Assembly: GCF_000619845.1 (NCBI RefSeq)
Contig: NZ_JHUX01000009.1
Span: 60,001 to 92,000 of the forward strand
DNA from: Alkanindiges illinoisensis DSM 15370
GTDB taxonomy: Bacteria > Pseudomonadota > Gammaproteobacteria > Pseudomonadales > Moraxellaceae
Direction: 5' to 3'
DNA: 32,000 nucleotides
In this document: positions 16,579-25,474 of the stretch, piece by piece
Layout of the letters: each line of letters starts with the position of its first letter
Numbering within the stretch: the stretch's first letter is position 1
The notes under the pieces: generated by a model
Database searches by the model: none
Told to the model about the DNA's origin: nothing
What the model saw: only the letters and a program-made list of their open reading frames with translations
Made by a program: the position numbers and the translations under genes

Positions 16579-16704
16579 TTATAAACTTTTGCTTTACCCC
16601 TACCAGCAAACTCATGGCGTAGGGAAAACATCATTTATTAGCCGAAAGCTTGACTTAGGATAAGCACTTTGTGGTTAAGTTTATTTTTACAGGTATTTGA
16701 TTGT

Positions 16705-18081
16705 TCATGAAGCCTGTTTAAATAATTTAATCTTAAACGTCGTCTTTTCACGTTCTGAATCAACCTCGATACAACCGCCATGCGCCTCTACAATTGATTT
16801 GGTAATTGCCAGTCCCAGGCCTGCTCCCTCATCCGTTCTTCGTCTGGATGCATCAGTCCGGTAGAAGCGATCAAAGATTCGTTGCTGCTGGTCTTTACTG
16901 ATGGTTGGCCCTTCATTTTGTATGGTAATTATTGTTGATGAGGCTTGCTGAACGATAACTACATGAATATCAGTCCCTGGCTTAGCATAGCGGAGTGCAT
17001 TCGAGAGTAAGTTGCTTAAGGCACGCCTTAACATAAGTGCATCGCCCTGAATGGTTGCTTTACCGGAAGAAGCTAACTTCATTCCTTTTTCCGCGGCCAA
17101 AGCATCGTAAAACTCAAAAAGGGCTTGTACTTCCTGATCCAATTTTACTGGCTGCAAATTGGGTAGACATAGACCATGCTCTGCTTTAGCCAAAAACAAC
17201 ATATCAGAAATCATACGTGCCAAGCGCTCATATTCTTCCAGATTAGAAAATAGTACTTCCTGATAAGTACTAATATCTCGCTTTCGGGAAAGGCAGACCT
17301 GAGTTTGGGTCATTAAATTATTGATAGGTGTTCTTAGCTCATGAGTTAGATCAGAAGAAAAATCAGAAAGCCTGGCTACTGCGGATTCCAATCGATCTAG
17401 CATTTCATTAAAGGCAATCGCTAGAGATCTTAATTCTACCGGGATGTGATTAACTTCGAGCCGACCTGTTAAGTCCTGAGCGGAAATACCCTCAGCGACT
17501 CTGGCCATAGTATGCGCTGGGCGAATTCCTCGCCGGGCGGCAACCCATCCTAAAAGCATAAGCGTTAAGGTGCCAGCACTACCAATAATTAACAGCTGCT
17601 GGCGAAAATCATCTAGAAAAAGTTGGTGTTCGGTGGTGTCTATTCCTAGGATAATTTGATGACTATCCGCTAATTTTGTGTGAGGACTGGTAACGATCAG
17701 GCCACGAAAATTGTGTCCATTAGTCTGCCATTCGGTCAATGGATTCTTTGCATCTTGTAAGCGCAATTTACTGGAGATGAGGGGAGGGTGCGAGCTGAGC
17801 AACAAGTGTCCGATCGGCCGTTCGATCTGTACCATAAGCCCGTGATGGCCAACCAACGCATCTTCAAGTTGTGTGGTCAGGAATAAATCATTATTGTGGT
17901 ACTGCTTTAACAAATTCTCGATAAGTTCTACTTTACCCTCAAGTTGCGTATGATCCTGCTGTTCAAAGTGGTGCATGACTAATTGATGAATCACTATGCC
18001 CATAATCAGCAAAATAACGATAGTGAACAGTGAAAAAATAAGACTTATTCTTAAGCTAATTGCGTTAAGCAACGGGGTCAT
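16705..18081 (-). CDS. copS: Heavy-metal sensor histidine kinase CopS/CusS
   Basis: HisKA box [14 protein letters not shown], an HAMP-like segment, two TM segments and an ATPase domain ([11 protein letters not shown]). The start was moved to the Met at 18081 ([10 protein letters not shown]...), which has GGAGG 6 nt upstream and overlaps the copR stop by 17 nt. Confidence 0.9.
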   Translation of the reverse strand: MTPLLNAISLRISLIFSLFTIVILLIMGIVIHQLVMHHFEQQDHTQLEGKVELIENLLKQYHNNDLFLTTQLEDALVGHHGLMVQIERPIGHLLLSSHPPLISSKLRLQDAKNPLTEWQTNGHNFRGLIVTSPHTKLADSHQIILGIDTTEHQLFLDDFRQQLLIIGSAGTLTLMLLGWVAARRGIRPAHTMARVAEGISAQDLTGRLEVNHIPVELRSLAIAFNEMLDRLESAVARLSDFSSDLTHELRTPINNLMTQTQVCLSRKRDISTYQEVLFSNLEEYERLARMISDMLFLAKAEHGLCLPNLQPVKLDQEVQALFEFYDALAAEKGMKLASSGKATIQGDALMLRRALSNLLSNALRYAKPGTDIHVVIVQQASSTIITIQNEGPTISKDQQQRIFDRFYRTDASRRRTDEGAGLGLAITKSIVEAHGGCIEVDSEREKTTFKIKLFKQAS

Positions 18082-18754
18082 CCTTAACCTCCAGCACATA
18101 ACCCATGCCACGTATATTTTGAATAAGCCGGGTATCAAAATTATTGTCAATCTTGCTACGTAGCCGCTTAATGGCCACCTCAACTACATTTGTGTCGCTA
18201 TCAAAATTCATATCCCAGACCTGAGAGGCAATAAGCGAACGAGGCAATACTTCTCCACGCCTGCGCATAAATAACTCCAGCAATGCAAATTCTTTAGCCG
18301 TTAAGTCAATGCGCTGTCCTGCACGTGTTGCCCGGCGCTTTCTTAAATCAAGTTCCAAGTCTGCCACACAGATTACATCATCTTCTCGAAGCTGCTGGCC
18401 ACGCCTAAGCAAGGTTCTAACGCGCGCCAATAACTCGGCAAATGCAAAAGGTTTGACCAAATAGTCATCCGCACCAAGTTCCAGCCCTTTAACCCGATCA
18501 TCAATTTGGTCTTTTGCTGTAAGAAATAAGACTGGCATTAATTTTCCGTTGCGGCGAATCCCTTCAAGAACTGTCCAGCCATTCATGCCGGGTAGCATCA
18601 CATCAAGTATGATCAGATCATACTCTTCTGTGAGAGCCTGATGCTGACCCGATATCCCATCGGTGACCCAGTCCGTAATATAGCCAGCTTCGGATAAACC
18701 TTGCTTGAGATAATCACCAGTTTTTTGTTCATCTTCAACTAATAGTATTCTCAT
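18065..18754 (-). CDS. copR: OmpR-family copper response regulator CopR/CusR
   Basis: 229 aa. [20 protein letters not shown]...[11 protein letters not shown] receiver domain plus a winged-helix C-terminus (IQNIRGMGY). Confidence 0.9.
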   Translation of the reverse strand: MRILLVEDEQKTGDYLKQGLSEAGYITDWVTDGISGQHQALTEEYDLIILDVMLPGMNGWTVLEGIRRNGKLMPVLFLTAKDQIDDRVKGLELGADDYLVKPFAFAELLARVRTLLRRGQQLREDDVICVADLELDLRKRRATRAGQRIDLTAKEFALLELFMRRRGEVLPRSLIASQVWDMNFDSDTNVVEVAIKRLRSKIDNNFDTRLIQNIRGMGYVLEVKDDPVA

Positions 18755-18816
18755 TTCCGAATCCTAAGTCATTCATTAAAACTATAATAACGTTATAAAA
18801 CATCTGATCGAGATAG

Positions 18817-18832
18817 ATTACAAATATGTCAT
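18817..18832. promoter_or_regulatory. CopR/CusR-type box 3 in the copR / copA-operon divergent promoter region
   Basis: ATTACAAATATGTCAT lies 63 bp from the copR start and 71 bp from the start of ORF 18903. Confidence 0.65.
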
Positions 18833-18902
18833 TTTCAAGTCACTTAGATGTTCAGTGCTTCACTTTATTGTAGTAGCAAGAAATTAACTTTTAGAGAAAC
18901 TT

Positions 18903-19199
18903 ATGAAAACTGTAGTGCGTCGTAGTCTAACAATTTTAATGTGTGCTGGAACTTTAATTGCTGGTACTCAATCTTGGGCAAAAGATGTATCAACCTCAAG
19001 TGCCACTAAAACGGTAAAAGCACAGGAACCTTGTACAAAACCTTGTAAAATGGAAAAAGATGACAAGACTCAGCAAGATCATAGTCAACATCAGTCTCCT
19101 AACTCATCTGACATGTCAAAAATGGATCATTCTATGATGAATATGGACCATTCTAAAATGGATCATTCAAAGATGAATATGCCTAGTAGCAATAAATAA
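18903..19199 (+). CDS. Small periplasmic Met/His-rich protein
   Basis: 98 aa with a signal peptide (CAGTLIAGTQSWA). The C-terminus is SDMSKMDHSMMNMDHSKMDHSKMNM, the same M/H/D motif type as the CopA insert. Confidence 0.65.
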   Translation: MKTVVRRSLTILMCAGTLIAGTQSWAKDVSTSSATKTVKAQEPCTKPCKMEKDDKTQQDHSQHQSPNSSDMSKMDHSMMNMDHSKMDHSKMNMPSSNK

Positions 19200-19288
19200 T
19201 TTTATAAATAGCGAGAAAGAAGTATTAAAGTTTATACTAAATATTTGCTTTATTACTTCAATCTTGACCTTTCTAAAGGTGAGATAGA

Positions 19289-21172
19289 ATGTCAAAAAAG
19301 TTAAGTCATATACTCTTAATTGGAGTTGGTTTATTTTCATCAACTTGGGTAATGGCGGCAGTTAAAGAATATGATTTAACAATCGCTGAACAAACTGTAA
19401 ATATCACAGGAAAACCAGTTGAGAGAATTACTGTAAATGGTAAATTCGTTGCACCACTTCTTGAATTTGAAGAAGGTGATGAGGCCGTTATCCGTGTTCA
19501 CAATAAGTTAAAAAATCAGGACTCTTCAATCCATTGGCATGGCTTATTATTACCTGGAATTATGGATGGTGTACCTGGATTTAACAAATTTAATGGCATT
19601 GCCCCTAATAAAACTTATGAATATAAGTTTAAAGTCCGCCAAAATGGTACTTATTGGTATCATTCACATAGTAAAGGACAAGAACAAGACGGTTTATATG
19701 GTGCTTTTGTTATTTATCCTAAAGATAAAATTCCACTAACAGCTGCTGAAAAAACCGATAAAGATTACGTTGTTTTGCTTTCTGATTTTCATAATTCAAC
19801 AAGTGATCAAATTATGAAAAATCTTAAAAAAGAAGCAGATTACTATCAGAACCGTCGCGAAACAGTATTCGATGTATTAAAACAAGTTAAACGTGATGGA
19901 TTAAAGGCAACTTGGCAAGACCGCTCTATGTGGAATCAGATGCGGATGTTGAAAACAGATATGTCCGATGTGACTGGTTATACATTTTTAATGAATGGCA
20001 AAACACCTCAGCAAAATTGGACCGGTAACTTCAAAGCTGGTGAAAAAGTTCGCCTTCGTTTTATTAATGCTTCCGCTATGTCATTCTTTGATGTACGCAT
20101 TCCAAACCTAAAAATGACTGTAGTCAGTGCTGATGGTCAACCTGTAAAGCCCGTTCCTGTAGATGAGTTCCGTATTGGTACTGCTGAAACCTATGATGTC
20201 ATTGTGGAACCAAAACAAGCACATTACCAAATTGAAGCTGAATCTATTGATCGTACCGGTTTTTCAGTGGGAACATTACATGAAGAAAGCAGCCCAGCAG
20301 TCAAACAAATTGAGATGCCTAAATCTCGCCCTCGTGCTTTATTAACTATGGAAGATATGGGGATGAGCCATGACATGTCATCTATGAAAGATATGAATCA
20401 CGATATGTCTTCTATGAAAGGCATGGATCATGATATGTCTTCAATGAAAGGTATGGATCATGATATGTCTTCAATGAAAGATATGAATCATGATATGTCT
20501 TCTATGAAAGGCATGAATCACGATATGTCTTCAATGAAAGGTATGGATCATGATATGTCTTCTATGAAAGGTATGGATCATGATATGCCGATGAATAGCG
20601 CTACTGTTAAGGCGGCTTCAGACAAGAATGATAATACCGTATTTGGATGGGCAAATGCTTCAACACCTGAAGGTAATAAAGCATTGCAATATAGTGATTT
20701 GCAATCGTTAGATCCTCAAAAAGACACTCGTGCAGCTGAACGTGAAATAGAGATCCGTCTTGGTGGAAACATGGAGCGTTATATTTGGACAATAAATGGT
20801 AAAAAATTTAATGAAGCCGACCCACTAGTGGTGAAGTATGGTGAACGTATTCGCTTAAAATTTGTCAATGACAGTATGATGGCTCACCCAATGCACTTAC
20901 ATGGCATGTTTATGCAGCTTGAGAATGGTCAGGATCCAAGCAATATGCCAAACAAACATACGGTAATTGTTCCACCTGGGAAAACGATAACCACTCTACT
21001 CACAGCTGATGAGTTAGGTGAGTGGGCTATTCATTGTCACCTGCTTTACCATATGAGTGCAGGAATGATGAATAAACTCATTGTAGCTCAAGTGGAAGAT
21101 GGTAATTCTACAAAGACTGTTCCTCAGTCCCAAGTAAATGAGAAGGGAGTAAATCCACATGCACATCACTAA
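19289..21172 (+). CDS. copA: Periplasmic multicopper oxidase CopA/PcoA
   Basis: 627 aa. Contains HWHG, WYHSHS, HPMHLHG and HCHLLYHMSAGMM motifs, a Sec-type signal peptide and a central Met-rich repeat region. Confidence 0.9.
   Translation: MSKKLSHILLIGVGLFSSTWVMAAVKEYDLTIAEQTVNITGKPVERITVNGKFVAPLLEFEEGDEAVIRVHNKLKNQDSSIHWHGLLLPGIMDGVPGFNKFNGIAPNKTYEYKFKVRQNGTYWYHSHSKGQEQDGLYGAFVIYPKDKIPLTAAEKTDKDYVVLLSDFHNSTSDQIMKNLKKEADYYQNRRETVFDVLKQVKRDGLKATWQDRSMWNQMRMLKTDMSDVTGYTFLMNGKTPQQNWTGNFKAGEKVRLRFINASAMSFFDVRIPNLKMTVVSADGQPVKPVPVDEFRIGTAETYDVIVEPKQAHYQIEAESIDRTGFSVGTLHEESSPAVKQIEMPKSRPRALLTMEDMGMSHDMSSMKDMNHDMSSMKGMDHDMSSMKGMDHDMSSMKDMNHDMSSMKGMNHDMSSMKGMDHDMSSMKGMDHDMPMNSATVKAASDKNDNTVFGWANASTPEGNKALQYSDLQSLDPQKDTRAAEREIEIRLGGNMERYIWTINGKKFNEADPLVVKYGERIRLKFVNDSMMAHPMHLHGMFMQLENGQDPSNMPNKHTVIVPPGKTITTLLTADELGEWAIHCHLLYHMSAGMMNKLIVAQVEDGNSTKTVPQSQVNEKGVNPHAHH
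20369..20587 (+). repeat. Seven and a fraction tandem copies of a 30-bp unit encoding HDMSSMK(G/D)M(D/N)
   Basis: Read directly: CATGAYATGTCWTCWATGAAAGRYATGRAT repeated head to tail inside copA. Copies differ mostly at synonymous positions. Confidence 0.9.
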
Positions 21173-22079
21173 TAATTTGTTTTCAAAAACAACTTTGATG
21201 ATTGCGCTATTTGGATTATCAAATCTAACGTTCGCTAAAAATGAAACTCCTGTACAAGACAGTAATATTACAAAAAATATGAAAATTCTTTTACAGGAAT
21301 CTGGAGGATTAAAGTATTCCCTTCAAGAGCGTTATCCAGAATATTATTCAATGGAAAATGCGAATATGGGGGATAAGAGTGTCCAGATTGCGCTTGAGAA
21401 CTCTAACTCACCTCATGACAATCATCTTAAAGAACATGGTGGACAAATTTATCAAACGACAAAATTTGAAAATGAATGGATGGTTGATGAAGACGGTAAG
21501 GGCAACCTAGGAACAAAGTTTGAAACTTTAATTGGAACAGATGAAAATCGTCTATTTATTGAAGCGAATTTGGATAAGCCAGAAAGCCATGACCCCAAAT
21601 ATGATGTGTCAGCACTTTATAGCCGCAATGTAGAACCTTTTTGGGATTTACAAGCTGGGGTGAGATACAGTGAAGATAAAAATAACAGCAACAGCGATCG
21701 AGTTGATGGTGTTATTGGGGTATTAGGGCTAGCACCTTATTTCTTTGAAACCCAAGCTTATTTATATGGTGGGGAAAATAACTTTTGGGGAGCAAGTTTT
21801 GAAGTCGAACGTGATTTCTTGTTAACCCAGAAATTGATTACCCAACCTTACCTAGAAGTAGATGCTGTATTTAGTGATGATTCTAACTATGCTGCTAAAT
21901 CAGGTTTATCAGAATTAAAAACTGGTATTAAAACGCGGTATGAGATAACTAAAAGAATCAGACCTTTTATTGATGTGGCTTATCAATATGAAAAAGGACA
22001 AAAAGCGACTAGTATGCAAGAAGCTACTGAGTCTGAAAAAGGTTGGAAATATGGTGCAGGTATCGAATTAGTTTTTTAA
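21159..22079 (+). CDS. copB: Outer-membrane copper resistance protein CopB/PcoB
   Basis: 306 aa with a signal peptide. The C-terminal beta-barrel-like sequence ends YGAGIELVF. The gene overlaps copA by 14 nt. Confidence 0.8.
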   Translation: MHITNNLFSKTTLMIALFGLSNLTFAKNETPVQDSNITKNMKILLQESGGLKYSLQERYPEYYSMENANMGDKSVQIALENSNSPHDNHLKEHGGQIYQTTKFENEWMVDEDGKGNLGTKFETLIGTDENRLFIEANLDKPESHDPKYDVSALYSRNVEPFWDLQAGVRYSEDKNNSNSDRVDGVIGVLGLAPYFFETQAYLYGGENNFWGASFEVERDFLLTQKLITQPYLEVDAVFSDDSNYAAKSGLSELKTGIKTRYEITKRIRPFIDVAYQYEKGQKATSMQEATESEKGWKYGAGIELVF

Positions 22080-22096
22080 GGTAATATGACTTAGTA

Positions 22097-22128
22097 TCAT
22101 GAATGATAGCTTTGGCTATCATTCATGA
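22097..22128 (+). terminator. 14-bp perfect hairpin after copB (terminator or attenuator)
   Basis: TCATGAATGATAGC-TTTG-GCTATCATTCATGA. The downstream tract is only moderately T-rich. Confidence 0.4.
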
Positions 22129-22190
22129 AATTATTGCTATTTAATTTCGAATCTGTAAAACTAAAAAAGCTTAAATTTTGGTCTAAATCT

Positions 22191-22586
22191 ATGCAGTGGT
22201 TAAAGACATGCCTATCGCTGTTTTTATCGTTTGCTATCCTGTTCGTCGGATCGGCTGCTGTTGCTTCGTCTGTACATAAGCGGTGTTTAATGCCATCTGA
22301 ACAGATGCAACCTATACCAATGGAAGCATCTCAAAATCAGGATACAATGCACACTGATTGTATGAAAGTAGAGACAAAGGCCAAAAAATCTTTACATGAT
22401 CCATCCTGTATGTCTGAGCAGGAGTGCATTATGTCTTTTGCCAAGATTGCGTATACCCCTTCTCCGCAAGAATTTCTGTACGCAAAGGTGTTCCCTCCTA
22501 TAGAGCGATCGGCTTTTTATTCTCTGGATCAAAACCTTCCTGCTCCTTTTCCTTCTGTTCTCTGGAAACCTCCACGCTCTATCTAA
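22191..22586 (+). CDS. Secreted Cys/Met-rich hypothetical protein
   Basis: I prefer the Met at 22191 (MQWLKTCLSLFLSFAILFVGSAAVASS, signal-peptide-like) because the ORF-track ATG at 22125 sits inside the hairpin stem. The mature part carries C and M residues (CLMPSEQMQPIPM, HTDCM, SCMSEQECIM). Confidence 0.5.
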   Translation: MQWLKTCLSLFLSFAILFVGSAAVASSVHKRCLMPSEQMQPIPMEASQNQDTMHTDCMKVETKAKKSLHDPSCMSEQECIMSFAKIAYTPSPQEFLYAKVFPPIERSAFYSLDQNLPAPFPSVLWKPPRSI

Positions 22587-22665
22587 TTTAATGATTCATC
22601 GTCATTCATAGCATTTTTATGGATGTTCTGCGCGTGCGCGTGTATATCATTTTAGAGCTAAAAAT

Positions 22666-23970
22666 ATGAAATTTTATAAAGAAAAGCTATCTCGCAGGGT
22701 GAGATGGCCGATAGGTGTGATCTGTTTTTCTCTGGTCTATGGCCAAGTCTATGCCCAGCCACTGACCTTGGATACAGCTTTGAATCTCGCTGAGCAATAT
22801 GCACCTACCCTAAGAGCAAATAGCGCCCAGATTGAAGGGGCCGAGAATGTAGTTTCAGCTTCAGGGATTTTACCCAACCCTAAATTATTTGTAGGTTTAG
22901 ATAATTACCCTGTATCCGGCGATGCCGCATGGTCAGTCACACGCGAAGGTATGACTATGCAGAAAATTGGCGTGATGCAAGATTTTCCAAATCGTGCCAA
23001 AAGACAAGCTGAGGTCGATTTAGCAAAAGCTGAACTAGGTTCGGCCAATGCTCAAACTGAGATTCTGCGTATTGAGTTGCGTCAGAAAGTCGCATCTGCT
23101 TGGCTTAAGCGCTTTTATCTTGAACGTAAATTAGCACTATACGATGAACTGTTTTCAGAGAATCGATTACTTTCTCAAATTACTCAAACACAGGTCATCT
23201 CTGGTCGTACAATCATTGCCGATGCACTTGATCCAAGACAAGAAGCCACGGTATTGCTTGACCAGAAGGATGATTTACTTCGTGATTTAAATAAAGCCAA
23301 GTTGGAGTTGCATCGGTTAGTCAGTGCAGAACCTACTGAAAATCTCTCTCAAATTGAAACCTTACCTGACCAAGCACCATCTATCTACCTTGATAGATCA
23401 AAGCTATATCATCATTTGCATCAACATCCTGAATTAAAAGCATTTCAGGCAGAAAAGCAAACTGCTGAAGCAAAACTGAAGCAAGCTCAGGCTTTACAGA
23501 AACCAGATTGGGGTATTGAACTTGCTTATCAGCATCGAGCACCCGAATTTGGCGATATGATCGGGGTGCAACTAACAACAGAGCTTCCTGTGTTTTCAAA
23601 AAGACGTAGTAGTCCACTCATTCGGGCAGCTTTAGCCGAACAAAACAGGATTACTGCCGATCAAGAAGTCCAATACCGTGACCATCTCACTATGCTAGAT
23701 GATGGGTTATCCGATCTTGATGCACTTGATCAGCAAATTAGACGTGCGATGCAAACAAGTATTCCACTCGCTAAACAAAAAGTGGGTTTACAGTTGGCAA
23801 GCTATCAAGCAGGTAAAAGTAATTTATCTAATGTTATTGCTGCTCGACAAGCTCTTTTAGAACAGCGTTTGCGTCTCATTGATCTCCAACAGCAACAGGC
23901 TGTGACTAAAGCCCAACTTTATTATGCCTTTGAAGAACCGACCTTAAACCATGTTGAGGGGCAGCCATAA
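22666..23970 (+). CDS. cusC: TolC-family outer-membrane factor of the heavy-metal efflux system (CusC/CzcC-like)
   Basis: 434 aa with a signal peptide. It has the OMF N-terminus PLTLDTALNLAEQYAPTL and two coiled-coil repeats. The ATG of the next gene overlaps its stop. Confidence 0.8.
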   Translation: MKFYKEKLSRRVRWPIGVICFSLVYGQVYAQPLTLDTALNLAEQYAPTLRANSAQIEGAENVVSASGILPNPKLFVGLDNYPVSGDAAWSVTREGMTMQKIGVMQDFPNRAKRQAEVDLAKAELGSANAQTEILRIELRQKVASAWLKRFYLERKLALYDELFSENRLLSQITQTQVISGRTIIADALDPRQEATVLLDQKDDLLRDLNKAKLELHRLVSAEPTENLSQIETLPDQAPSIYLDRSKLYHHLHQHPELKAFQAEKQTAEAKLKQAQALQKPDWGIELAYQHRAPEFGDMIGVQLTTELPVFSKRRSSPLIRAALAEQNRITADQEVQYRDHLTMLDDGLSDLDALDQQIRRAMQTSIPLAKQKVGLQLASYQAGKSNLSNVIAARQALLEQRLRLIDLQQQQAVTKAQLYYAFEEPTLNHVEGQP

Positions 23971-25460
23971 TGTTAAGAAATAAATTAGCAGTTACTGTCA
24001 TGGGCGTTGCGGTAATTAGTCTGGCTGCGGGTGGTGGCGCTGGATACTGGATTGCACATCAGAAATACAATCCTCAATCAGGTCCGCAACAGGCTGCCAA
24101 AGTGTTGTATTGGTATGACCCAATGAAGCCTGAACAGCATTTTGATAAACCGGGGAAATCGCCATTTATGGACATGCAACTGGTTCCTAAATATGCAAAT
24201 GAAAATACTACGATGACTGAAGACAGTTATCCTGCGGTTAAGATTGATCCATCCCTCCAACAAAATTTAGCCATCCGTTACGGCACAGTTGAACAGGCTG
24301 TAATTGGAAATGCCATGTTTACTAATGGCATATTACAAGCAAATGAACGGCAAACAGCTATTTTACAAACTAGAGCAAGTGGCTTTGTTCAGCGAGTGTA
24401 CGGGCATGCTGTTGGAGATATGGTGACCGAAGGAAACCCTATAGCTGATATTTCAATACCGGAATGGACTGGAGAGCAAACTGAATTTTTAGCTGTGCTC
24501 CGTACTGGAGATCGTTCCCTTATTCAAGCAAGCCGTCAACGTTTACAGCTTTTAGGAATACCACAAAATGTGATTCATCAAGTTGAGCGAACTCGTCGAG
24601 TGCAATCTAATATAACTTTGCAAGCTCCAACTAGTGGATTTATTGATTCACTAGAAGTCCGTAATGGTATGGCTTTGGCTATGGGACAAACCTTGGCCAC
24701 AATTAAAGGTGTCAACCCGATTTGGCTAGAGGCAGCCGTTCCTGAAAAACAAATTGCTGAAATCAAACGAGGTATGAGTGTAGAAGCCAATTTTGCTTCT
24801 TTTTCTCAAAAAGTAGCTGGCAAAGTTATCGACATTTTGCCTACCTTAGATACAACATCAAGAACTATTAAAGTTCGGATTGAATTACCAAATCCTAGTG
24901 GTCAACTTAAGCCAGGGATGTTTGCTTCTGTCAATATAATAAATAATCCTCAAAGCAGTTTGGTTATACCAGAGCAAGCTGTTATACGGACAGGTACTCG
25001 GAATGTTGTCATTGTAGGGCATGAGCAAGGACGTTTTGAACCTGTTGTAGTACAGTTAGGTCAAAGTGATGGCAATAAAATTGCAATTCTACAAGGGTTG
25101 AAAGCTGGTCAGAAGGTAGTAATTTCAGGGCAATTCCTGATTGATTCTGAAGCAAATTTACAAGGTGTATTGGATAAGCTGAACACTGGACAATCGATGA
25201 CTTCATCCCAAGTGGTTAAGACATCAATATATCAAGGCATTGGTAAAGTTGAAAAAGTCACAGCTCAAGACATTACCATTTCACATCAGGCGATTCCTGA
25301 GTTGGGTTGGGGGGCTATGACTATGAGCTTTAAACAACCAGTGCAACCATTTACCCAAATTCAGCAAGGCGATCAGGTCCGTTTTAGTTTTACACATGCT
25401 AGAGATACTTACGTTATTTCTGACATTTCCAAGATGTCTATGACATCTATGAAGAACTAA
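23970..25460 (+). CDS. cusB: Membrane fusion protein CusB with a C-terminal CusF-like domain
   Basis: 496 aa. [29 protein letters not shown] is the CusB/SilB N-terminal metal site. The C-terminal ~80 aa ([31 protein letters not shown]...GDQVRFSF) parallel CusF. Confidence 0.85.
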   Translation: MLRNKLAVTVMGVAVISLAAGGGAGYWIAHQKYNPQSGPQQAAKVLYWYDPMKPEQHFDKPGKSPFMDMQLVPKYANENTTMTEDSYPAVKIDPSLQQNLAIRYGTVEQAVIGNAMFTNGILQANERQTAILQTRASGFVQRVYGHAVGDMVTEGNPIADISIPEWTGEQTEFLAVLRTGDRSLIQASRQRLQLLGIPQNVIHQVERTRRVQSNITLQAPTSGFIDSLEVRNGMALAMGQTLATIKGVNPIWLEAAVPEKQIAEIKRGMSVEANFASFSQKVAGKVIDILPTLDTTSRTIKVRIELPNPSGQLKPGMFASVNIINNPQSSLVIPEQAVIRTGTRNVVIVGHEQGRFEPVVVQLGQSDGNKIAILQGLKAGQKVVISGQFLIDSEANLQGVLDKLNTGQSMTSSQVVKTSIYQGIGKVEKVTAQDITISHQAIPELGWGAMTMSFKQPVQPFTQIQQGDQVRFSFTHARDTYVISDISKMSMTSMKN

Positions 25461-25474
25461 ACGGGAGGACGATT

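Noticed and set aside
20369-20587. Regular 30-bp periodic repeats that could superficially resemble a CRISPR array.
   Set aside because: There are no spacers: the units are contiguous, in frame, and encode the Met-rich CopA insert.
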